Assembly: GCA_002269645.1 (NCBI GenBank)
Contig: NIVC01001996.1
Coordinates: 1-64,000, forward strand
Length of the DNA stretch: 64,000 bases
Reading direction: 5' to 3'
DNA from: Macrostomum lignano
Taxonomy: Eukaryota
Part shown: piece after piece, positions 50,101 through 61,614 of the stretch
Position numbering within the stretch: the first letter of the stretch is position 1
Layout: the number at the start of each line of letters is the position of its first letter
Notes under the pieces: generated by a model
The model's input: only the letters and a program-made list of their open reading frames with translations
Databases searched by the model: none
What the model was told of the DNA's origin: nothing
Position numbers and translations under genes: made by a program

Positions 50101-53100
50101 ATGAGTGATGCCGGAGTGACAATATGAGTGATGCCAGAGTGACAGGGTGAGTGATGCCGGAGTGACAGGATGAGTGATTCCAGAGTGACAGGGTGAGTGA
50201 TGCCGGAGTGACAAGATGAGTGATGCCAGAGTGACAAGATGAGTGATGCCGGAGTAACAGGGTGAGTGATGCCGGAGTGACAGGGTGAGTGATGCCGGAG
50301 TGACAGGATGAGTGATGCCAGAGTGATAGGATGAGTGATGCCGGAGTGACAGGATGAGTGATGCCGAAGTGACAGGATGAGTGATGCCAGAGTGATAGGA
50401 TGAGTGATGCCGGAGTGACAATATGAGTGATGCCGGAGTGACAGGATGAGTGATGCCGGAGTGACAAGATGAGTGATGCCGGAGTGACAAGATGAGTAAT
50501 AGAGTGACAAGATGAGGCAGTGAGTGAAAGGGAGACAGGATGAGTGACGAGAATGACCAGCCGAGTGACAATGTCAGAGTGACAAACAAACACCCCATCC
50601 CCGCAGAACGTCATCCCGCAAAGAGACTCCGTTGCATTTCGCTTTGCGCTTCAAAAAAGTAGCGGCCGCCGAGCGTCTGATCCGAGCAGGTGCCGATTTG
50701 GAGACCCGGGCCAGCATCGGCAACGGCGAGCACCAGCAGGGTGTACACGTGGCCGCGCAGCTGGGCTTGAACAGCTGTATCCGCCTGCTGGCAGAGTACG
50801 GCGCCAATGTCAATTCGACTATGACTTTGAAATGCGTCGAACGAGTGACCCCGTTACATCTGGCGGCTTTGAACGACCTGTCGGAGACTGTCAAGATTCT
50901 TGTCATGCTTGGTGCCGATGTTAATTGCCAGCGTAGCGACACCTTCACGCCTTTGTTAACTGCCGTGACCAAGTCTAACGTGTGCGCTGTCAAGTGTCTT
51001 GTTCGGGCTGGGGCCGATATTCACACTCGCTGCATTGTGTCCAGAAGCAAGGATGCCACCTGCCTGCACATCGCTGCCCAGGTAAGCTCACTGGCAGGTA
51101 GGGGGAGACAGATTGACAGGTGAGAGTAGATATCAAGTAGTTTGGCAGGTAAATATCAGGTAGTTTGGCAGGTAGACATCGGGTAGTATGGCAGGTAGAT
51201 ATCAGGTAGTTTGGCAGGTAGACATCGGGTAGTATGGTAGGTAGATATCGAGTAGTTTGGCAGGTAGATATCGAGTAGTTTGGCAGGTAGATATCGAGTA
51301 GTTTGGCAGGTAGATATCGGGTAGTATGGCAGGTAGATGTCAGGTAGTTTTGCAGGTAGATATCAGGTAGTTTGGCAGGTATACACCGGGTAGTATGGCA
51401 GGTAGATATCAGGTAGTTAGGCAGGTATACACCGGGTAGTATGGCAGGTAGATATCAGGTAGTATGTCAGGTAGATATCGGGTAGTATGGCAGGTAGATA
51501 TCGAGTAGTTTGGCATTTAGATATCAGATAGATATCAAGTAGTTTAGCAGGTAGATATCGGGTAGTTTAGCAGGTAGATATCGGGTAGTATGGCAGGTAG
51601 ATATCGGGTAGTTTTGCAGGTAGATATCGGGTAGTTTTGCAGGTAGATATCAAGTAGTTTAGCAGGTAGATATCGGGTAGTTTTGCAGGTAGATATCGGG
51701 TAGTTTCGTTTGCGTGCCTAAATATTGGCACAAAACAATCGGCTTTCATTGCAGGTCGGGAGCCTGGAAATCGTTGACCTGCTGCTAGAGCGGGGCGCCA
51801 ACCCACTGGCCCGGATGGTCACCGGGGATCGAGCCGGCATCCTTCCAGTCCACCTGGCCTCGGAGACCGGCCATCTGGACGTTATTAAGCGCTTCCTCGA
51901 CATCGGCGTAGACGTGAACGCGCAGGAAGACTGCGGCCTGACCTGCCTGCACTACGCGGCCAACGGTGGCAAGGCGGACATCATTAAACTGCTGCTTGAG
52001 AGGGGCGCCAGGGTGGATCTGAAGGCCGCCTATGATGACGGTGAGGCTTTTATTGTTTGGTTTTGGTAAAACTGGTTTGTAGTATAATTATTACGGTATA
52101 GAGAGGATTAGGGTATGGAAGGAACTGAAGAGAGCGGTAGTATGATGGGGGAGAGCGGAAGTGTGATGGGGGAGAGCGGAAGTATTATGGGGGAGGGCGG
52201 AAGCATGATGGGGGAGAGCGGAAGCATGAATGGGAGAGCGGAAGCGTGATGGGGAGAGCGGAATCATGATGGTGGAGAGCGGAATCATGATGGGGGAGAG
52301 CGGAATCATGATGGGGGAGAGCGGAAGCATAGTAATCTGAATCTGATATGGAACAGAGAATGGCAGAGAGAAACAAAGACCTGCAACAAAGACACAAGGA
52401 GTGAATTGTCTCACTCGCTGTCTCACTCGCAGGCAATCGAGTGGACGTTCTGCCGCTGCACATGGCCTGCGAGAAGGGCAACGCCGAGTGCGCCCGGCTG
52501 CTGGTGGAGGCCGGCAGCCCTCTGGATGCCACCCTGTTCCGCAACAGACGCGGTAACATCACCCCACTGTACCTGGCCGTTGCGGAGAACAATCCCGAAG
52601 TTGTATCTGTTTTGCTAGCTGCCGGCTCCGATGTCAACATTCAAGACGGCATCGGCGCCGCGCCGCTGCACATCTCCTGCCAGCGCGGCTATCACGACAT
52701 CTTCTGCCAGCTGTTGTGCCATCCTAGCGTCAACGTGAACATCGCCACATTCAACGGCGTCACCCCTATCCATATCGTGTCGGAGAAGGGCCACTTCGAC
52801 ATGGCCATGTGGTTGATCGCTCGCGGAGTGAATGTTAATCCGTTGTGCCGGATTAAGGACGTGCACTCGGGCCAGATGTCTGAGGACATCATACCGTTGA
52901 ATCAGGCGTGCGGCTTCGGCCATCTGCAGATTGTAAAACTGCTGTTGCAGGTTTGTGTTCAAGTCTTTGTTCTTTGTTGTTGACCCTTATCATTAGTCTC
53001 TGTATTGTTTTGTTAGTTTAGTCTCTGTCAGTCTTTGTTCTTCAAGATGAGTCTCTGTTAGTCTTCGTTCTGCAAGATTATTCTTTGTTAGACTCTTTTC

Positions 53101-54675
53101 TAAAAGATTAGTCTCTATCAGTCTTTGTTCTGTAAGATTGGTCTTTGCCAGTCTTTGTTCTGTAGTATTAGTCTCTATTTGTCTTTGTTCTGCGATATTA
53201 GTCCCTGTTAGTCTTTGTTCCGTAGTATTAGTCTCTAGTAGTCTTTGTTCTGCAATATTAGTCTATATTTGTCTTTGTTCTGCGATATTAGTCCCTGCAA
53301 GTCCTTTTCTGTAATATTAGTCTTTGTCCCGAATCACCATCACCACCCCTCCCCAAACTCGAACGCGCAGAACGGCGCCGATGTGCACCACGGTGAGAAT
53401 TTCGAAGGCCGCCGTGGCATCGCCAGCATTCATTGCGCCGCAATTCGCGGCCGGCATCACGTTATACCATTGCTGCGCAAGTTTGGCGCCAATTTGAATG
53501 CCACAGACGAGCAGGGCTGGAGCCCGCTGCACTGGGCTGTTCACGAGCGATTTTACGATACTGTGCTGCTGCTGCTGCAGAATGGCGCCGACCCCAGGCT
53601 GCTCAACCAGGTGAGTCTCAAGCCACACGACCGCCTTGGTTCGATTCCCACATGTGTGAGCCGCTGTACACCCTGTCTGAGCCGCTGTGCACCCTGTGTG
53701 AGCCGCTGTACACCCTTGTCAGCCGCTGTACACCCTGTGTGAGCCGCTGTACACCCTGTGTGAGTCGCTGTACACCCTGTGTGAGCCGCTGTACACCCTG
53801 TGTGAGCCGCTGTGGACCCTGTGTGAGCCGCTGTACACCCTGTGTGAGTCGCTGTACACCCTGTGTGAGCCGCTGTACACCCTGTGTGAGCCGCTGTACA
53901 CCCTGTGTGAGTCGCTGTACACCCTGTGTGAGTCGCTGTACACGCTGTGTGAGCCGCTGTACACCGTGTGTGAGCCGGTGTACACCATGTGTGAGCCGCT
54001 GTGCACCCTTGTCAGCCGCTGTACACCCTGTGTGAGCCGGTGTACACCATGTGTGAGCCGGTGTACACCCTGTGTGAGCCACTGTGCACCCTGTGTGAGC
54101 CACTGTGCACCCTGTGTGAGCCGCTGTGCACCCTGTGTGAGCCACTGTGCACCCTGTGTGAGCCGCTGTACACCCTGTGTGAGCCGCTGTACACCCTGTG
54201 TGAGTCGCTGTACACGCTGTGTGAGCCGCTGTACACCCTGTGTGAGCCGGTGTACACCCTGTGTGAGCCGCTGTACACCCTGTGTGAGTCGCTGTACACG
54301 CTGTGTGAGCCGCTGTACACCCTGTGTGAGCCGGTGTACACCATGTGTGAGCCGCTGTGCACCCTTGTCAGCCGCTGTACACCCTGTGTGAGCCGGTGTA
54401 CACCATGTGTGAGCCGGTGTACACCCTGTGTGAGCCGCTGTGCACCCTGTGTGAGCCACTGTGCACCCTGTGTGAGCCGCTGTCGAAATTTCGAGTCCTG
54501 TCATCCTGGTTTCTATAGACGTTGAAAAGTACTTGCCTCTAACAATGATTTCTGTGTCATCACACAGGATGGCCAGCGGCCCATCCAGATGGCCACAACC
54601 AACGACATCACCTCCGTTCTGGAGCGGTTCGAAGCGCAACTGCGGAACGATGGTGAACCAATGTCAACAGAATGA
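44167..54675 (+). CDS. Ankyrin-repeat-only protein, 10 exons, ~1255 aa, about 30 repeats
   Basis: Exons 44167-44889, 45893-46559, 48078-48194, 48625-48944, 49309-49622, 50607-51081, 51755-52040, 52433-52950, 53371-53610, 54568-54675. All GT-AG and in phase, 3768 nt. Repeated G.TPLH.AA..G...V..LL..GADVN motifs. The start codon is uncertain (44167 or 44206). Confidence 0.88.
44912..45000 (-). mobile_element. SINE family 1 3' tail fragment
   Basis: GTGCAACCGACAGCTCAGCCGCAGCTATTGCGCGGCGCATCTGAAGGCTGCGTAA matches 10285-10345. Confidence 0.7.
45066..45830. repeat. Ankyrin intron 1 minisatellite, 21-bp GATTGGAATCTATAGACTTCT
   Basis: Direct tandem array with degenerate copies. Confidence 0.95.
46640..48010. 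repeat. Ankyrin intron 2 minisatellite, 21-bp GATAAGAATCCATAGAATACT
   Basis: Direct tandem array (MDSYQYS ORF artefacts). Confidence 0.95.
48285..48620. repeat. Ankyrin intron 3 minisatellite, 23-bp CTGACTGTCTTGTCACTCTTTAT
   Basis: Period 23 (e.g. 48303, 48326). Confidence 0.95.
49010..49255. repeat. Ankyrin intron 4 minisatellite, 23-bp GGTAGATATCAGGTAGTTTCAC(A/G)
   Basis: Period 23 (49022, 49045). Confidence 0.95.
49700..50560. repeat. Ankyrin intron 5 minisatellite, 23-bp GAGTGACAGGATGAGTGATGCCG
   Basis: Direct tandem array. Confidence 0.95.
51125..51705. repeat. Ankyrin intron 6 minisatellite, 23-bp CAGGTAGATATCGGGTAGTTTGG
   Basis: Period 23 (51241, 51264, 51287); same family as intron 4. 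Confidence 0.95.
52135..52330. repeat. Ankyrin intron 7 minisatellite, 21-bp GATGGGGGAGAGCGGAAGCAT
   Basis: Period 21 (52144, 52165). Confidence 0.9.
52990..53310. repeat. Ankyrin intron 8 minisatellite, 30-bp ATTAGTCTCTATCAGTCTTTGTTCTGTAAG (degenerate)
   Basis: Period 30 (53107, 53137). Confidence 0.85.
53650..54480. repeat. Ankyrin intron 9 minisatellite, 21-bp GTGTGAGCCGCTGTACACCCT
   Basis: Direct tandem array (VSRCTPC ORF artefact), preceded by a SINE2-like B-box at 53623-53649. Confidence 0.95.
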
Positions 54676-55109
54676 GCCTTTCTGTTATTTGTTTTTAACT
54701 AACCAACTTACTACTGAATCTAACTGAAATCAGTAGTATGCATATATATTTATCATCATTTTAAAGCACTACCTATTAGTGATTAAAATAACCGTGATAA
54801 TCAGACTGGCTAATTAAATATGCATTCAGTAATTGCACTAACGGCTTATTAATATTGTTATCTTTATTTAATACCGTACTAATAATGTCTGTGTACAATT
54901 ATCATATCATGCAAATTTATTTACCTGTGTTATCTAACTGACTTTTTACTTCTTGATGCGTACTTTTTCAGAAGAAATAATGGATTCTTAAGCTTATTGA
55001 GCTTTGATTTATAGTTTGATTAATTATTAATTGTTGTGCCATTGTGTTTCAATTTTAATGCCTGCTTATCTGCTTTGGTAAAAACCTCACCTCGATTTAA
55101 GTCAACATC

Positions 55110-55700
55110 AGATGATAATGATGGTGAGAGTCATAGGTGGGATTAGATGATAATTAGCGTGAGAGTCAAATGTGAGATTAGATGATAATTGGGGTGAGAG
55201 TCAAATGTGAGATTAGATGATAATTGGGGTGAGAGTCAAATGTGAGATTAGATGATAATTGGAGTGAGATTAGAAGATAATTAGCGTGAGAGTCAAATGT
55301 GAGATTAGATAATAATTGGGGTGAGATTAGATGATAATTAGCGTGAGAGTCAAATGTGAGATTAGATGATAATTGGGGTGAGAGTCAAATGTGAGATTAG
55401 ATGATAATTGGGGTGAGAGTCATAGGTGAGATTAGATGATAATGTAGGTGAGGGTCATATGGGAGATTAGATGATAATTGGGGTGAGAGTCAAATGTGAG
55501 ATTAGATGATAATTGGGGTGAGATTAGATGATAATTAGCGTGAGGGTCAAATGTGAGATTAGATGATAATTGGGGTGAGGGTCAAATGTGAGATTAGATG
55601 ATAATTAGGGTGAGAGTCATATGTGAGATTAGATGACAATGAAGGTGAGGGTCATAGGGGAGATTAGATTATAAGGGTGAGAGTCAGATGGAATTATGAC
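55110..55700. repeat. Intergenic minisatellite, ~35-bp GTGAGAGTCAAATGTGAGATTAGATGATAATTGGG
   Basis: Period 35 with internally deleted variants. Confidence 0.9.
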
Positions 55701-57419
55701 AAATGGGGTGAGTCATAGTTAAGATTATGTCAGTGGGGTGAGAGTCATAGATTATGCTAATGAGGTGCGGTTCCGATGCCGATGAGTTCAATGTTCTCGC
55801 AGGCAAATAAGTTAGTGTTAATTGTTTGGAAAATTTGCAACTCAGTGCCTTCCTTAAACCCAACCTGATGGACCGTTTAATCTCTGCTTCAACGGTGATG
55901 GATTAATTGATTGATTGATTTGATTTTGCGATGATCTCAGCTAGTACTGGAAAGTAAGTAGTTATATGTTCAGCTCACAAATTTATTGTGTCTGTTTTGA
56001 GTTCATTTTAATTAGTTTCGCCTTTCAAAAACTTTAACTGATTTGTCCTTGTTGTGTCCCGACTTTTTACTCTTGGCTTTTTCCTCCGTTTTTCTCCTCG
56101 ATTACGCTCGTGTATTGTACTGTACTACTCATCTGTGATAGCTTAGCAGTAGTATGCTTAGCACATAATGCGATTTTAATCGCCCTGTCAGGGTTTTATT
56201 ATATTATTAATCCGCTCTCATCTATTTGTGGCTTCTGTGTCTCCATTTTTTCTTAGAATAGATTTTCTTACGTGTACACGCAGGCTACTAAGATTGTGTT
56301 AATATATGCTATAATTTCATGTACATGCAGCTCCCGCTCATTTTCCTGCTCTAGACCACACATACTAAAATAACTAACTAGATGGGCCACTCAGTATAAG
56401 ACAAGGCAGCTGAAATCACTTTGATAAGTTCAGAAACCCAAGCTTGCAGGCGTAAACAGCTTGCTAATTGGTTCAGCAATAATGTACATTGGCCAGTCCA
56501 CTGAAATGTACATGGCAGCTTTAGGCTGGAATTCCGAAAAAGGCAATAAAAATTGGGGCGGGGCGGGGGGTAGAGAAAGGCGCGGTTAGAGGGTTTAAGT
56601 GGGGTAAGAGCCAATAAATGAGCCTTGGCTTTAAAAATACAATAAAATGCTTCCGTTTAACTTGCTACTGAAAGTAGCTTACACACAAATGTGCTGAGTG
56701 GCCCATCTAGTTATTATAGTATCTGTGCTCTTACAAATTTACTCGTAAATGAAAAAATTCGACCTCAGACTTTGCATCGCCGCCCTTTTTTCAAAACCTT
56801 GAAAAATTCTGTGATTCGAAAATTTTGCAGGCTTACACACACACACGCTCTGATACACACTTGCATTAATTTTCTCTTTGCTTCGTTCTTGTTTGATTGC
56901 TTTTTTCAGGCCATTCAAATAGTAACTACTACTCGCTGTCTGAGGTTATTAGTAGTGTGCTAAGATTTATTGCCGGACACCGCGTGTTTTGGCAAAGCTT
57001 TGAACAAATTTACTCACTCTCTACTAGTAATTGAGTAGTATCATTTGCGCATAGGATTTGGCCAGTTTTACTTCTGTGTGGGTTTTATTGCTGGGTTAAA
57101 ATTTGTCTCATATATCTTCCTCTGTGTGCGATTAAATCAAACTGCTTATTATTATTATTATTTGCTAATATTAACTACAGTGGCATGTCTGTAAGTGGTA
57201 AATTATACCATATATTTATATATAAATATACTATACATACGCGAAACTTAACCGCACAACACGTTGTGCTATAGCAGCCTTTCAAGTAGATAGCTAACAG
57301 GAGGGCTCAATGTGGTAACTGCAATCGGCTTTGTATTTTGACACTGCGTGTTTTTCATCATATTTGCATGACGTCAGGCTCAATCAGAGAGCAGGCAAGC
57401 AGGTTCATCTCAATCATGT

Positions 57420-60190
57420 GAATGGCTTCTGAATCACACTTGGGAATCATTTCTGAATCACACTTGATAATCGTTTCTGAATCACACTTGGGAATCATTT
57501 CTGTATCACACTTGGGAATCATTTCTGTATCACACTTGGGAATCATTTCTGAATCACACCTGAGAATCATTTCTAAATCACACTTGAGAATCATTTCTGA
57601 ATCACACTTGAGAATCGTTTCTGAATCACACCTGAGAATCGTTTCTAAATCACACTTGAGAATCATTTCTAAATCACACTTGAGAATCATTTCTGAATCA
57701 CACTTGAGAATCATTTCTGAATCACACTTGAGAATCATTTCTGAATCACACTTGAGAATCATTTCTGAATCACACTTGAGAATCGTTTCTGAATCACACT
57801 TGAGAATCGTTTCTGAATCACACTTGAGAATCATTTCTAAATCACACTTGGGAATCATTTCTGAATCACACTTGAGAATCATTTATGTATCACACTTGAG
57901 AATCATTTATGTATCACACCTCAGAATCATTTCTGAATCACACCTGGGAATCATTTCTAAATCACACTTGAGAATCATTTCTAAATCACACCTGAGAATC
58001 ATTTCTAAATCACACTTGAGAATCATTTCTGAATCACACTTGGGAATCATTTCTGAATCACACCTGAGAATCATTTCTGAATCACACTTGAGAATCATTT
58101 CTAAATCACACTTGAGAATCATTTCTAAATCACACTTGGGAATCATTTCTGAATCACACTTGAGAATCATTTCTGTATCACACTTGAGAATCATTTCTGT
58201 ATCACACTTGAGAATCATTTCTGTATCACACTTGAGAATCATTTATGTATCACACCTGAGAATCATTTCTGAATCACACTTGGGAATCATTTCTGAATCA
58301 CACTTAAGAATCATTTATGTATCACACTTGAGAATCATTTATGTATCACACCTGACAATCATTTCTGAATCACACTTGAGAATCATTTCTAAATCACACT
58401 TGAGAATCATTTCTAAATCACACTTGGGAATCATTTCTGAATCACACTTAAGAATCATTTCTGAATCACACTTAAGAATCATTTCTGAATTACACTTGAG
58501 AATCATTTATGTATCACACTTGAGAATCATTTATGTATCACACCTGAGAATCATTTCTGAATCACACTTGGGAATCATTTCTGAATCACACTTAAGAATC
58601 ATTTCTGAATCACACTTAAGAATCATTTCTGTATCACACTTGAGAATCATTTCTAAATCACACTTGAGAATCATTTCTGTATCACGCTTGAGAATCATTT
58701 CTGTATCACACTTGAGAATCATTTCTGTATCACACTTGAGAATCATTTATGTATCACACCTGAGAATCATTTCTGAATCACACTTGGGAATCATTTCTGT
58801 ATCGCACTTAAGAATCATTTCTGTATCACACTTGAGAATCATTTCTGTATCACACTTGAGAATCATTTCTGTATCACACTTGGGAATCATTTCTGAATCA
58901 CACCTGAGAATCATTTCTGAATCACACTTGAGAATCATTTCTAAATCACACTTGAGAATCATTTCTGTATCACGCTTGAGAATCATTTCTGAATCACACT
59001 TGATAATCGTTTCTGAATCACACCTGAGAATCATTTCTAAATCACACTTGAGAATCATTTCTGAATCACACTTGATAATCGTTTCTGAATCACACTTGAG
59101 AATCATTCCTGTATCACACCTGAGAATCATTTCTGAATCACACTTGGGAATCATTTCTGAATCACACCTGAGAATCATTTCTGTATCACACCTGAGAATC
59201 ATTTCTGAATCACACTTGGAAATCATTTCTGAATCACACTTGAGAATCGTTTCTGAATCACACTTGAGTTCTGAATCACACGTTTCTAAATCACACTTGA
59301 GAATCATTTCTAAATCACACTTGAGAATCATTTCTGTATCACACTTGAGAATCATTTCTGAATGACACTTGAGAATCATTTCTAAATCACACTTGAGAAT
59401 CATTTCTGTATCACGCTTGAGAATCATTTCTGAATCACACTTGATAATCGTTTCTGAATCACACCTGAGAATCATTTCTGTATCACACTTGAGAATCATT
59501 TCTGAATGACACTTGAGAATCATTTCTAAATCACACTTGAGAATCATTTCTGTATCACGCTTGAGAATCATTTCTGAATCACACTTGATAATCGTTTCTG
59601 AATCACACCTGAGAATCATTTCTAAATCACACTTGAGAATCATTTCTGAATCACACTTGATAATCGTTTCTGAATCACACTTGATAATCGTTTCTGAATC
59701 ACACTTGAGAATCATTTCTGAATCACACTTGATAATCGTTTCTGAATCACACTTGAGAATCATTTCTGAATCACACTTGATAATCGTTTCTGAATCACAC
59801 TTGAGAATCATTTCTGAATCACACTTGATAATCGTTTCTGAATCACACTTGAGAATCATTCCTGTATCACACCTGAGAATCATTTCTGAATCACACTTGG
59901 GAATCATTTCTGAATCACACCTGAGAATCATTTCTGTATCACACCTGAGAATCATTTCTGAATGACACTTGGGAATCATTTCTGAATCACACTTGAGAAT
60001 CATTTCTGAATGACACTTGAGAATCATTTCTGAATGACACTTGGGAATCATTTCTGTATCACACTTGAGAATCATTTCTGAATGACACTTAGGAATCATT
60101 TCTGAATCACACTTGAGAATCATTTCTGTATCACACTTGAGAATCATTTCTGAATGACACTTGGGAATCATTTCTGAATCACACTTGATA
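57420..60190. repeat. Large satellite, 24-bp GAGAATCATTTCTGAATCACACTT, ~115 copies
   Basis: 2.8-kb direct array; source of the SHLRIISE/MILKCDSE ORFs. Confidence 0.98.
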
Positions 60191-60789
60191 ATCGGTTGTA
60201 AACTGACAATAGGCTAAATTTGTATCCGTGAAGGCACAGTTGAGTTAAGAATCTGCTGACGCCAAAAATATTGATCCGCAGGTGTTTCCGCGTTACTAAA
60301 ATTAGATGCCAAGCAGCAGAGGCCCCTACAACGCAGGGCTTATGGGTCCTGCAACTGACTTCTGACGCTTTTAGACCGTCGAGCGCTTGCTAGCTGACTG
60401 CATCCCATCCCGCTGAAACACACCCCCCCCCCATTCCAGCCTTGTTGGCTATTGAATATAATGTGAAACCCTCATCATTCCGGGGAGCTGCAGATGACAG
60501 ATAAAGGAGGCTTCAATTAATCAGCCGCTATAGTATAGATTTGGAGCAAGAGTTATTTTATATATACGTATATTTGTCAGCGCTTAGTTAGATGACAAAC
60601 AGCCAGCAAGCTACGGTAGACCAGAGTTAAATGGCAGTTTTTTCTACAGTCGCAGCCTAGCGCAGGTAGCAATGCTGCTGCTATGCAGGCATTGCTAGAT
60701 GAGTTTTGTTCCTCTTTTAACTTCTGCGTGGCTCAGGCCGTAGGGCAGGGCTACGGGCCATTGTTTCAACCGCTGACGTGAGCTGCATG

Positions 60790-61054
60790 GCTTGGCGACT
60801 CCATCACAGGGGGTGCTGGACAGAAAATCTGGACTGGGGACTACGTTCTATCGATTGGAAAACATAGGATCACATGCCCATTCCGCTCACACGGGGTGTA
60901 CAAGCAGCGGCCCCCTGACTTCTCATCATCAGAGAAGACACGCACAGACAAACTCTGCCTTGGTGGTTTGGCCCTCATAGACGTGAATCGGGGAGTCGAA
61001 CCCGGGCCTCCGGTGGAGCGAGAGTCGGACGCGATAACCCGCTGAGCCCAGTGC
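60790..61054 (-). mobile_element. tRNA-derived SINE family 2, near full length
   Basis: Reverse complement: GCACTGGGCTCAGCGGG (A-box-like) ..GCGTCCGACTCTCGCTCC..GGCCCGGGTTCGACTCCCCG (B-box, tRNA-Glu-like), then a body containing AAGTCAGGGGGCCGCTGCTTGTACACCCCGTGTGAGCG. Confidence 0.65.
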
Positions 61055-61548
61055 TAGACTTGGTTGCTTTCCAATCCAGATTAGACAATTATTAGAAGTC
61101 CATGACTCCACAGTGACTGATGACGTCTGCTAATAGTCTTAATAAAGCATAGGGCCTGTCGGGAGCGCCAGCATTAACCCGCTGCCAACCCCAACCCCGC
61201 ACCCTCGCCGTTGCCAGGCGGTAGCGAAGTCAACAAGCCCGCAGGGTAGTGGACTCCCTCCTCTCATCCTCCACCTTCCCTTCTCTCATCCCTGTCCCTG
61301 CTGCCTGGTTGGCTACCAAAAAATTGGAGAAAGAAAAATCCTTAGTCGCAAGAGCAGCGCTTTCGCACTAGACTAAAAACGGGCATTGTCCGGGACGCAA
61401 AGCAGAAATCCTCAAAAATAATCGGGATCCCAAAGAGTCCTTCGATTTTGAGACATCATCAATCTCAACTTGATTAAGGTTCAGAGTGAACGTCAGGGGT
61501 AAGTACGGCTAGGATTTCTCTGATTGATGACTTAGACCTGCCTATCAG

Positions 61549-61555
61549 TATAAAA
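61549..61555 (+). promoter_or_regulatory. Candidate TATA box of the prohormone gene
   Basis: TATAAAA 60 nt upstream of the ATG at 61615 (context AACAATGG). Confidence 0.45.
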
Positions 61556-61614
61556 CTATTTAGTTCGGAATTGTCTTCGTTGAAATTCCACAGACAAGCA
61601 TTCGAATTGCAACA

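Noticed and set aside
46586-60171. MDSYQYS, SLRHHS, VSRCTPC, SHLRIISE and MILKCDSE ORFs
   Set aside because: Satellite translations; the ankyrin exons splice cleanly around them and the 24-bp array is intergenic.
60988-61054. Bona fide tRNA gene (also ~10500-10560 and ~21630-21685)
   Set aside because: A/B boxes are present but there is no complete cloverleaf acceptor stem, and each continues into a shared SINE body.
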